Shown here piece by piece: positions 25,074 to 36,242 of a DNA stretch of 64,000 nucleotides (the stretch's first letter is position 1; every line of letters starts with the position of its first letter). Position numbers and translations under genes: made by a program. Source of the DNA: Vairimorpha necatrix (taxonomy: Eukaryota). Below the pieces are notes generated by a model that ran no database searches, was not told the DNA's origin, and saw only the letters and a program-made list of their open reading frames with translations. The DNA is taken from the NCBI GenBank assembly GCA_036630325.1, contig CP142730.1, forward strand, positions 310,001-374,000, read 5' to 3'.

Positions 25074-27883
25074 GCCAGAACAGATCTAGAGAAATCTAGA
25101 AGAAAAAAAACACACTTTTACCTGGGGGTATGGCAAGCTGCTGGTTCCGTAGCATTTACGTTGAACTAGTTAGGTTCTTAACTGACGAGTAGGTCAGACG
25201 TGTTATTCTCTTAAAATCCTGCTGAACGCAGGCCAAAGACAGAAATGTTTGTGGTTATATTCCTAAGGGATATTTTTTTCTCCTACAAGCAAGGCCTTTA
25301 TGGTATGCTGGTGTGTATCACAAGTTATTGGCTGTTATAGTTTTTATTTGCTGGGTGGCTTTTCTTTAATAACAATAAAAGTTTTTTAGTTTTTTTAGGT
25401 AGTATTGACATTGCCGGACTTATAAAAAAGATTCACTCTTTACACAGATGTCGCAAAGTTCGCTTTAGGAGCAGCTCTTACACAATAACATAAAGAGGAA
25501 ATAAAACCTATTTTTTTTTTCAAGAAAAATATCACCAGCAGAATTAAATTATACAGTAACAGAAAAGGAGTGTCTTGCAATTGTATGGGCAGTACAAAAA
25601 TCAAAATATACTTATCAAAAAAATCCACCATCAGGACAGACCATAAATTCTTGCAATGGTTGCTGAATTTGAAAGAATAAGGGCAGATTAATGAGATGGA
25701 TCCTACAACTACAAGAAATAAATTTTATAGTAGAACACATAAAAGGAACGAAAAACATCATAGCGGATACACTTAGCAGAAAGATCGTATACAGCGCCAA
25801 ATTAATTAAAAAACGATCAGAACTATCAGAAGCAAAAAAACGAGAAATAATGTTTAGGAATCACTGTGACTGTGGACATGGAGGAGTAGAAGCGACATAT
25901 ACTCTCGTATTTAGACAAGCTACATGGCCCGGAATGTATAAGGATATAAAAAAAACAATAAAGAACTGCGAGGTCTGTAACAAATTTAATAGAGGCCCAC
26001 AAAATTTACAACAGTTTTGAACACAACTTACTAATCCACGAGCTAAAATTAAAAAAGATTAGTTGGTCCATTACAAAGAATCAGCAAACGGGAACAGATA
26101 CATAGTGATCGCGATAGATTACCTTACGAGATGGCAAAGGCAAAGGCAATTAAATCCAAAACGGTTGAAAACATGGCAAAATTCATTTTAAATGAAATAT
26201 TTACTCAACATAGACCACCGAAATAAATCATTTTAGACCAAGGAAAAGAGTTTGTGAACTCAATGGTGAAAAAATATGTAAAATTATGGGTTCAAAGAAA
26301 TCTACAACCTCCGCTTTTAACCCCAAATGCAACGGAGCAAGAGAGAGGTTAAATCAAACACTTATCGGGAAATTGGAAAAATTGTTCAATACAAACTGAG
26401 AAGAATGTGACGAATACCTACCTTACGTTTTATGTGCTATAAGAATATCACCCAGAGCAGCTACTAAAAATCTTCATATAAACTTTTGTATGGAAGAGCG
26501 CCATTCATGCAAACGTATAATCTCGATGAAATACGTGACATTGAAGAGCCAAATGATTAATTATTTGTAAGAATAAATCTATCACGCCAATTATGGCCTG
26601 AAACAGAAAAACATAACAGACAAAAGGAAATAAATAAAATTAGAAAAGGTAAGAATATCGAAGACCCCCTAGAAGGAGCTATAGTGCGAAGAAGAAAAAC
26701 AATCATCGAAAAAATTAATAAACTAGATACTAAGTTCGAAGGAATTTACGAAATGAAAGAAGTTTTTAAAGGAAGCTACTACAAAATACAATCTGTAGAA
26801 GGTAAAATATTCAAAGTTGATAGGAAGGATATAATGCTAATGGAAGAATCAGATTCTTAGAGTGAATCATTCGAGAGGAGGGGAGAGTGTCACACGACAT
26901 CCTTCCAGGCCCATTAGAGATAACAGAGGAGTGATAGATACTAATCCCTCAGTCAGAACTGTCAAATGACCGAGAGGCTTTTTGTTTACAATGAGTCATT
27001 GTAAACAAACAAGGAACAGATTACAAAGTAGTTAGAAACAATGAAACACTCGAAATAACTAATTTCTATTACTCCATAACTATCCCGCCTTTTCCTAAAA
27101 GATAAAAGGGCGGGGAAATGAAACTATAAAAAGGAATTATTTCTAGTCCACCTTTGAGATATGAAAGAGCATAATTACAATAAACAATTTCATAAAAATT
27201 CTTATTTAGACACACCGAGCAGCCAGGGAGGCAGCCTGTGTCACAGATATATTCGACATATCATTTAAATCAATTAGTACAATTGAAAAAAAAATATGCA
27301 AACGAATTGGCAAAATCGGGGGTGGGGGACAAGGATTAATATTAGAAATAGATGAAAGCAAATCTGGTATAGTAAAATACCACAGAGGAAATCGTGTTGA
27401 AGGTGTCTGGGTTTTAGGGATGGTTGAAAGAACATTCAAAGAAAGATAGTGATGATTCCAGTCGACAACAGTAAATCCAAAACACTAAAAGAAATAATTA
27501 AAAATTATGTTCACCCCGAATCATATATACACAGTGACTGTTTTAAGTCTTATTTAAGTCAATTGAATATTTTTCTGAACACAAAACTGTTAATAATTCA
27601 TTGGATTTTTAAAAAATTCCAATAGATGTCATACTAACACAATTATAGGAAATTGAAGTGGATTAAAAAATGTGACTTCAGCAATACACAGAACCAGAAC
27701 TTTGATAACTGGTTCGTTGATAAGATATATGGGCACATGACCGTTTGGAACCCGCTTTGAGAAAAAAAAATCCGCTTTGAAAATCTTAAGGACCCCCTTT
27801 CAAAAAATGGCATGATTGACAAAAACAAATTTTGTTGAAGGAGGTGGGCTCTTTAGTGATGAAATGTTTTTGAACATGGAAAT

Positions 27884-28179
27884 TGAAGTATCCGTGTTGG
27901 ACATTTTTACCAGCATGCTTATAAAATTAATGTTAGTTAATTTAATGGTTTTATTGTTAGTAGTTTTTGTTTGTATATGGTTTGCTGTAAGTGTTCGTTT
28001 GAGTTTCTCTTCATGGATTCGTATCTACGGCATAATTTTGCTATTTATAGTTGTGGTTTACGAACCACTTTTGATATTTCATAATGGACCATTAGCCTTT
28101 TCTAAATATTTGCGTGCTTTAAAACCGTTTGACATTTCCTTATTGATTGGCCCCTCTGAAAACATGTGGAAATATCACA
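27884..28179 (-). mobile_element. Solo LTR (296 bp)
   Basis: Insertion relative to the 15894 paralog; TSD GAAAT; minus-strand TGTGATAT...GGATACTTCA with a TATAAATA box. Confidence 0.8.
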
Positions 28180-31100
28180 GAAATAAATGAAAATTTTTTT
28201 GGAAACATTTTACGATGCTGAGACAGCGTGTATCTTTCTGGCACGCAGTTCATTAATAAAAAACAACTTTTTTTGTACTGTATGCAGCTCTGAAAGGCCA
28301 ATGAAATTGATTAGAAGAATAAGATTATTAGACAAATATGTTTGGAATTGCACAAAACCTTGTACGGCTTCTAAATCTGTCAGAAAGGACTCTATTTTTG
28401 AAAATACCAAATTAAGTTCTTATAAAATTATAAGAATGATATATAAGTATATCAAAAGAGTTTCTTTTCTCGATATAGCAAATGATCTCGATTTAGACAG
28501 AAAACCCGTAAATACATATGGTTTGCTCTGTGGAGATCGTATAATCGAGAAGTGACCAATAAAGTCAAAGATTAGGAGGTCGTGATGAGTTCGGCATCTT
28601 AAAGTAGTGGAGATCGACGAGAGTCTATTCTTACGTCCAAATATAATCGCGGTAATCATACCATAGGTTAGTGGTATGTAGAAGGAGCGGAAAGAGGTCC
28701 TAAAAAGGCCTTTCTCGGCCCCGTAGCTAGTAGAAATACTGCTACTCTTCTTAAGGTAATACAAGATAATATTTGCCCGGATCTATTGTGATCACCGATC
28801 AATGGAGAGCATATGGTGCCGCATTTAGACAAACTACGGGGATGGAGCACAGGACTATATATCACTCCATCAATTTCGTAAATCCAAAAGATCAAGAGAT
28901 AAATACTCAACAAATTTAAAGGAATTTGGTCTCTTTTAAAGAGAAATATTTGGTCTAGACATGGAATAAACCAGGGCGAGCACTATGAGTACCTTCTAAA
29001 GTTTCTATGGTCTTATCAAATACCAAAAAATCAAAGGATTAATTACATCTTAAATTATTCAAAATGTTGTATTATTTTAAAATTTATATATTTACCCCTT
29101 AATTTTATAAATAAAGATCTTAAAAATAAAATGGTGGAGAATGTCAAATTTGTGCCCATGACAAGAAAAATAACGGTGGGAAATGCCGCTCTAGAGCTAA
29201 AAATACTGGAAAAGTTGTCCTTTTTTAAAAGCATGAGCGAAGAGGAAAAAATAGAAATCATTATTAGCAGAGCATGTTATGAAATCATTGAATGGTTTTG
29301 CAGTTCAACATCAAGGAATTCTGCAATGAACTGGATTTGTTTTTAAGGGAAGTTATAGGGAGTTTGCAGCCCAATTAAGTTGGAGATGGGCGACGTGTTT
29401 CGTCTAAAGCAGGAACATATTTAAACAATTTGTGAATGCATTAAATTGGTGGAAAAATCAACAAAGCCCCACAGATTAAAAAATGAAGAAAAGATAAAAT
29501 AATTTTAGCTGAACTGAGAGAGGAAGTTCCAGGTGTAAAAAGATTAATAATTAGAAATAAAGTGTTAGATGAGATTTTAAATAATGATATTTATTTGTTT
29601 GAAGAGATTTTTTAGGCAGAAAAAATAAAAAAGGAAGAAAAGGAAAAGAAGAAACTTGAATTTAAAAAAGAAAAATCGAATTAAAAGGTATATTATCCCA
29701 GCTACATAGTTTAAAGGTCCAGGAACCAAAATAGTTTTCTTGTTACAACTGTGGATGGTCAGGCCATACTTCTAAACTCTGTAGGGCCCGCAAGACAATA
29801 ACCGGTCATATTAAAGAATCAATGAAGTAGCAGGAGACGCCGAGAAAAAAAGTTCACGACGTTATTAATAAAAACAAACCAGTTTATATTATTGATATTA
29901 TTTAGGGCTACACTGGCTCCCATTATAATTTCATATCAGATGCTGTTAATTGAGCATTGAAAGTTAAAACAAAGAGTAACCACATAAAATAACCTTTTAT
30001 ACTTGTTTAAATGGGCCTTTTTGTATTAAATAACATGTTTTTTTGGAAATTAAATACAAAGGAAAAAGATTACTACAGAAATTTTATCTTTTACCAAAAG
30101 TCAGAGCAGAGAAGAATCTTGTTGGCAGGGAAAGAATTAAAAATTTAATGAGAGGGAAGAAAATAGTGAATCAGACAGAAATTAAAACAACCGAAGGTGT
30201 TAAAGTCGTTGAGAACTTATGATTTGCCCAAGAACATTGAACTAGGATTTTATGAGGGAGTAACTGAGTTGCTACAGAAAGGCTACATTTCAAAATTTAA
30301 GTCCATATGGTTAAACAATATAAGACCTGCAATATAACCAAATGGCATCCGAGTCACAACCAACCTTGTAGCAGTAAAAAATTAGTAGAACAAGACCGAT
30401 ACTCCTTACCTAATATAAATACTATCTTAGTTAATTTAATAGATATGATATATTTTTATAAGATTGATTTAAAGAATGGTTCCTTTCAAACTTTGTTAGC
30501 CAAAGAAGACCGACATAAAACAGCTTTTCAGGTCCGACATAGATTGTACGAGTGAAACGTAATGTCTATACGCTTTAGAAATGCCCCAGAAAAATTTCAA
30601 AGGCACATGGATAAAGTTTTGGCTGCAGAAATAGGCAAATCACGTTTTTTTTTACGTAGACGACATATTAATTTTAGTAAAAGTGAAGAAGAACATTAGG
30701 CTGTCTTAAGAAATATTGTTGTCATTTTAAACAAAAATCATTTAGAGATAAATACAGAAAAAACAGTTTATAAACAAGAAAAAGTAGAATTTCTGGGCTA
30801 TATAATCACTCATAATTAAATATCCAAAAAACTCAGTTATACAAGGCATTGATTGTTCGAAGATGCCCCGAGATCGAAAACTTCTACAAGAATTTTAGGG
30901 GGCATTAATTCTTATAGGAAATTTGTTAAAGGATGTGCAATTCTTGGAGAATCCTTGTATGATTTATTGCATGAAAAGAAAAAATATATATGGTATGAGG
31001 CAGCATTGAACGCATATGAAGCATTAAAGGAAGAATAAGAGAAGAAAGTCGAATTTTACAAGCCGGATTTTTATAAGTCTTTCCAATTAGAAACAGACGC

Positions 31101-32585
31101 TTCCAATCATGGTATTGGAGCGATTTTAGGCCAATTTTCACTTTATGCCCCCCCCCCCTACATATATAAATACAAATTTTAAAAAATATCTCTTTTTTAG
31201 AAAATCAAAATGGAAAAAAGGAGGAGAAAAAAAATTAAAAAAAGTACTTAAAAATAATCTAATATACAAAAAAAAATATATGAATTATGTCAATTTTATT
31301 ATACAAATATAATTTTAACTCTATTTGTCATCATACGGTCCAAATTTTTTACTTAAAATTTTAATTATCATAAATAATAATAAGTAATGAAACCATACAA
31401 TAAATTCATTTATTTGAACTTATTACAACGATATATAAATTAAAATGACGATGTAGTTTTCTTTGTAGCAATTTTAAAAAATTTAATTTTAGTACCCCAT
31501 TTTTATGCTTACTAACGAAGAAATTATTTATAAACTTTTTCAAGTAAAATGTTTTAAATGCGGGGAAAAGGTTAGGAAGAGACAGCAAAGGAGTTACAAT
31601 GTCAGATGCATTTGTAAAAAGTGCAAAAAAGAGAGGAGCCTTGCTGCAAAGACCATATTTGCAAAAACCCATTTGGACCATATACTTATGTTTAAGATCC
31701 TGAACCTCTGGCTCACAAAAATCCCACCTCTACTAATCGCCAAGTTGTTATATATTTCTCCATGTGTTGTATCGAGGTGCCTTCAACAGTTTTGTTTGGA
31801 CGAGGCTTACCATAAATACATGGAAAGTGCAAGAGAGACACTGGGCGGTAAGGATACAATCGTAGAAGTAGACGAAAGCAAATTTGGAAAACGTAAATAC
31901 AACGTTGGACACAAAGTAGACGGTGTGTGGGGTTGGGGATGGTCAAACGGACTAAATAAAGAAAAATTTTATTAATTTCTGTACCTAATATAACTAAAAG
32001 GCAAGCCAATATTTCGGCCTTTCGGCCCAAAAAAAATTATTTTAAAATACCCCAATGGTAAATTTATCCTTCGAAGAACTGTGTGAAGTTCGTTCCAAAA
32101 GAGGAGGAAGAAGGATATTATATGCAGGACATGCGTATAATTTCAGATATAACGGAAAAGAAAAAAAATATGGAGATGTAGAGCAGAAAACTGCACTTCA
32201 AAACTTCATACAAATTTAGATTGTAGTTTTTTAAGCGTTACCCCCCCCCCACAACCACGAGCCAGACTTCGATAAAAATAAATTCGGATATTCCTACGGT
32301 CAAATCTTAAAACGGGCAGACGAAACTGCCGAGGCGTCAAGATTTATTGACGCGTTGAAAGAATATTCGGTTAAATTGCGATGTCACCCCCCCCCCCCCA
32401 CCCCTAAAAAAATAAAAAAAAGGGGAAACAAAATTTATTCAATCAATTCAAAATCAAATTCGGGCGCTAAATCGTAATTTAAAAATGATATATTATCAAT
32501 CTCAATAAAGCAGAACATTCTTTCAAGTAGTGATTCTCTATAAATTAACTTAAAACGAGCTATATAAAGTTTTCGAATGAGATTC

Positions 32586-34915
32586 TGTTGTAGACTGTAT
32601 TTCTACAACATTTATTTTATTTCACTCCCTGTCAAATCTATCATTGAATTTTCTAGAATTTTATTTACTATAAATAAAATTCTAGAAAGGAAGGGTACAA
32701 AAGGAAGATGGAGAGACAAACACAAGGAGTGTTTAGACATAGCAACAAGACAGCTATGAGAGAGTCCAAAGGGACGTTTAAAAATAAAGGGCAATATATT
32801 GATTCTATTTTAGAGTGGTACTTTATCACCGGGAGAGCTTCCCCGGGATACCACAACTTGAATTCAAGAGCGAGTGTAGGAGTGCCAAGTGCGAGTACAA
32901 AATTACTAGTGAATGATAATAAAATTAATCATGGTGAAGTAAACCAAAAGAAAATAAAATTAAGTTACACTATTCCAGGAACGGAATTTAAAATTGAAGA
33001 AGAACTGAATATTATAGAAGATATTCAAAAATTTGATATGTATGAATGGTTTAAAACATTTGAGAAGATTACCACAAGAAACAAGTGGAATTCGGAGCAA
33101 TATGAGCTCATACTAAGGGATTTGATTTCGGACAAATCCTTAGACGATAAAATATTTAAAGGAGATTTAATGAAAATACAAGAAAAAATCTTTAGTTATG
33201 TATACAGCGTGAAGAAAGCTGAAGGATGGATTAAGAAACTTGCTAATGCAAAACAAGTTGATTTTGTAACCATCAAGGAATACTATGAGTACATTAATAA
33301 GTACGTTAAATATTATAGTCCTGCATATAAGATAAGCAAGGACGAGTACAACAGAAAATTATGGGAGTACTTTAAGAACGGGTTAGGTGAAAACACTAGA
33401 AGAAAATTAATTGATAATATCAATGTTCACAACCTTGAGGAATATATGAATAAATTGTTAACGATGGAAGAAGAAATGCTTAAAACAAATAATCCGAGAA
33501 ATGATTCAAGAAAGTTCGAAACATCTGAACGAACACATAAGAACAATTCCTTTTCAATACAAAAGAAGTGGTGCAGATACCACAAGCACAACGGACATAA
33601 TTCTGTTGATTGTTTCATGAATAAAGAAAAAGGAAATCAAAACCATAGGGATTTACCAAGAAGAAATGAAATGAATGTCATGGAAGAAGAAAAAGACAAC
33701 ATTAGAGAAATGGTTGTTAGAGCGAATATTAAGGAAAGTAACGTGAACATTTTGTTAGACAGTGGAGCAAGCAGAAGCTTTATATCTGAAGGATTAGCTA
33801 AAAGATTAAATTTAAAGCTTAGAGAAAACAAATCTATAAGAACGGTTATAGCCAATGGAGAAGTAATTACCACTAATATGTCAACAGAATTAGACTTTAA
33901 ATTTGAAGGAGTAAGCAAGAGTTACTCTATTGAACCATACGTCTTTGATAGATGCATGTATGATATGATTCTAGGCAGCGATTTCTTGTTTAACAACAAT
34001 TGCATTTTAGATTATAAAAATAAGGTAGTTATTGTGAACGAGAAGATTGTCAAAATCATTGGGTATGAAGAGGTGGCGGAAAAAACATTGGACGAAATAA
34101 TGATTGAAAGACTATGCGTAGTGGAAGATGAAAAAATTGAAAATGAAGATCATAATAAAGTAAATAATTATACAGCCAAAACGAAAGATAGTAATGTGAA
34201 ATTTGGTAGGAATAAACATAAGAAAGAAAGAAATACAGTGTTTGGAAAACAAAATTGGGTTAAAAAGAATAAAAATAAGAAAGTAGTAACAGAATGTAAA
34301 ACTGGTAAAATTATTAAAGATAAAACAAAAGATCAGGTTAACCCTGTAGTAAAATATCGAGATAAGATTTCAAAAATAAGATTTTATGATCCTTATAAAG
34401 GTAAGGTAATTTTTAATGCATCAGATCGGCCAAGAAAGAAAAAGACCAAGATAAAAATGTGTAAGCAGAAAAATAAGGTCGAAGTTCTATTCTATGCGAG
34501 GAACTTCTCGACAAACAAACTTAATAAAAAATTTATAAGTCCATACAGGGCGAATCTAAAGGAAAAAACTAAATTAAGGTATAAAGTATATAAATTATCA
34601 GGATGGTTTCACAGGAAACAGTTAAAGCTTTGAGAGGGGGCAGGATGTTGTAGACTGTAATTCTACAACATTTATTTTATTTCACTCCCTGTCAAATCTA
34701 TCATTGAATTTTCTAGAATTTTATTTACTATAAATAAAATTCTAGAAAGGAAGGGTACAGAAGGAAGATGGAGAGACAAACACAAGGAGTGTTTAGACAT
34801 AGCAACAAGACAGCTATGAGAGAGTCCAAAGGGACGTTTAAAAATAAAGGGCAATATATTAATTCTATTTTAGAGTGGTACTTTATCACCGGGAGAGCTT
34901 CCCCGGGATACCACA
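32586..34915 (+). mobile_element. Non-autonomous Ty3/Gypsy-type LTR element E2, intact
   Basis: 270-bp LTRs at 32586-32855 and 34646-34915 (3 differences seen); TSD GATTC; PPT gagagggggcagga. Confidence 0.97.
32708..34633 (+). CDS. Gag-aspartic protease-integrase C-tail fusion, 641 aa (no RT/RH/IN core)
   Basis: Uninterrupted ORF starting inside the 5' LTR; knuckle WCRYHKHNGHNSVDC; LLDSGASRSFI and ILGSDFL protease motifs; GPY/F-like tail ending at the PPT. Confidence 0.92.
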   Translation: MERQTQGVFRHSNKTAMRESKGTFKNKGQYIDSILEWYFITGRASPGYHNLNSRASVGVPSASTKLLVNDNKINHGEVNQKKIKLSYTIPGTEFKIEEELNIIEDIQKFDMYEWFKTFEKITTRNKWNSEQYELILRDLISDKSLDDKIFKGDLMKIQEKIFSYVYSVKKAEGWIKKLANAKQVDFVTIKEYYEYINKYVKYYSPAYKISKDEYNRKLWEYFKNGLGENTRRKLIDNINVHNLEEYMNKLLTMEEEMLKTNNPRNDSRKFETSERTHKNNSFSIQKKWCRYHKHNGHNSVDCFMNKEKGNQNHRDLPRRNEMNVMEEEKDNIREMVVRANIKESNVNILLDSGASRSFISEGLAKRLNLKLRENKSIRTVIANGEVITTNMSTELDFKFEGVSKSYSIEPYVFDRCMYDMILGSDFLFNNNCILDYKNKVVIVNEKIVKIIGYEEVAEKTLDEIMIERLCVVEDEKIENEDHNKVNNYTAKTKDSNVKFGRNKHKKERNTVFGKQNWVKKNKNKKVVTECKTGKIIKDKTKDQVNPVVKYRDKISKIRFYDPYKGKVIFNASDRPRKKKTKIKMCKQKNKVEVLFYARNFSTNKLNKKFISPYRANLKEKTKLRYKVYKLSGWFHRKQLKL

Positions 34916-35799
34916 GATTCATTAAAGAACCATGGCTTGTTCCTTTTTGCGCAATTCCCTTTTAATTACAGACCACATTCCCTCAATTGTTTGGGTGTGG
35001 GCGCCTGTTGTTGGATTTACAAAATTTTGGCTATGATTTACAGTTAAATGTAAATAGTTATAATCCGGACATAGTTCCGAAAACCCTTCATAACCCCGCC
35101 AACAATCAGTAATAATTGTAGATCCAGGTGCGATTTTCCGTTTTATTAAATCGACAAGAGTAGTTCTTGATCGATTTTCAACAATTTCGAAAAAAAGAAT
35201 TGCTGTCTCCTCGTACAACTCCACCGACGGCCCAAACTTGGTATTGAAGGATTCTACCGTTATGGTTTTTACTTTTAACAAGCAATGTCTCGTCTATTTC
35301 AACTACGCAATTTAAACCTCCTATGGTTTTGTTTTGAAGGTAGTTGAAATAGGATAAGAATACAGCGTTATTAAAACGCGTAAACCAGCGAGATACGGTA
35401 CTACTATCTATATCCAATTCGATAGTAGCCGAAACATTGCTTACCCCTTTACCCATTCACACAGCAAAATTAAAAGATCTTCGATATCTAATCTAGAACT
35501 TTTAAAAATGCTTTCTTTGTAAATGTTACCTTTGTTTGAGCATTTTCTCCCATTTCGTCGTAAGTAACAACGATATTTGTCCAAATTATTTCTAATTTTG
35601 GTCATGGGTGTCATGCACTTATTGCACATTGGTACCTTTAATATATTTTTTTCAAGAAGAAATAAAAATAATTCCTCTTTTTTATATATTAATTTTCTAA
35701 AATTTTTTATGTTCATTTTAGGGGCATAATTTTTTCCCCTTTTTTTTATTTTTTTAGGGGTGGGGGGGGGGGGTAACATCGCAATTTAACCGTTTTTTT

Positions 35800-35987
35800 A
35801 ATATTATTTATTTTTTTTTTTATTTTTTTATTATTTTTTATTTATTTTTTTTATTTTTTATTAATTTTTTTTATTTTTTATTTATTTTTTATTAATTTTT
35901 TTTATTTTTTATTATTTTTTTTATTTTTTATTTTTTATTTTTTTATTTTTTATTTATTTTTTTTTTATTTTTTATTTATTTTTTTTA
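35800..35987. repeat. Low-complexity (TTTTTTA)n tract in the MULE subterminal region
   Basis: Direct reading of the sequence. Confidence 0.9.
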
Positions 35988-36242
35988 GGCCGAAATATCG
36001 GTCAGCCATATTAATAATCAATCCACTGTTTATTCTGATATGTGGAAAGGATATTCAAAAATGAACCAGATAATGGGAAGCCACATAAATGTTAACCATA
36101 GCAAATGGTTTAAAGATCCCATTACAGGTGTTCACACTAACACCATAGAAGGGAATTGGTCAGCTATAAAACGCCAAACGCCGATAAGATGTAGAACAAC
36201 TTGTTTAATATATCCCTATTTGTTAAGATTTATGTTGCTTAG

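Larger units (their letters stand above)
19836..25397 (+). mobile_element. Apparently full-length LINE (ORF1 + APE-RT-Zn ORF2), multiply frameshifted
   Basis: 14-bp TSD GGTAGTATTGACAT at 19822-19835 and 25398-25411; 3' tail of GTTTTTTA units. Confidence 0.92.
12534..27245 (+). mobile_element. Degenerate Ty3/Gypsy element D carrying nested MULE, two Merlins, SINE and LINE
   Basis: Truncated 5' LTR 12534-12663, PBS tggcgacaacggca, gag from 12579, protease LLDTGATTSLI (15377-15592), RT pieces 17003-17447 and 19378-19835, RH/IN 25412-26870, PPT gagaggaggggagag, 3' LTR 26888-27245. Confidence 0.88.
32369..35791 (-). mobile_element. Merlin transposon interrupted by LTR element E2, no TSD
   Basis: TIRs ggttaaattgcgatg / catcgcaatttaacc; transposase pieces 35441-35779, 35178-35456 and 34922-35281. 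Confidence 0.92.
32000..36007 (+). mobile_element. Internally deleted MULE (FLYWCH N-terminus only)
   Basis: TIRs ggcaagccaatatttcggcc / ggccgaaatatcggtcagcc. ATG at 32055 after a CCC motif encodes SKRGG..ILYAGHAY...IWRC..ENC...HNHEP. No clear TSD. Confidence 0.7.

Noticed and set aside
25181-25250. Hammerhead-like CTGACGAG in the LINE 3' UTR
   Set aside because: Stem II (gtagg/cctgc) is followed by TGAAC rather than GAAA, and no consistent stem I/III with an NUH site could be built by eye.
27816-28190. Hydrophobic 124-aa ORF (env-like or membrane protein)
   Set aside because: It is a chimera of the Merlin 5' end and the antisense strand of an A-rich solo LTR (27884-28179).
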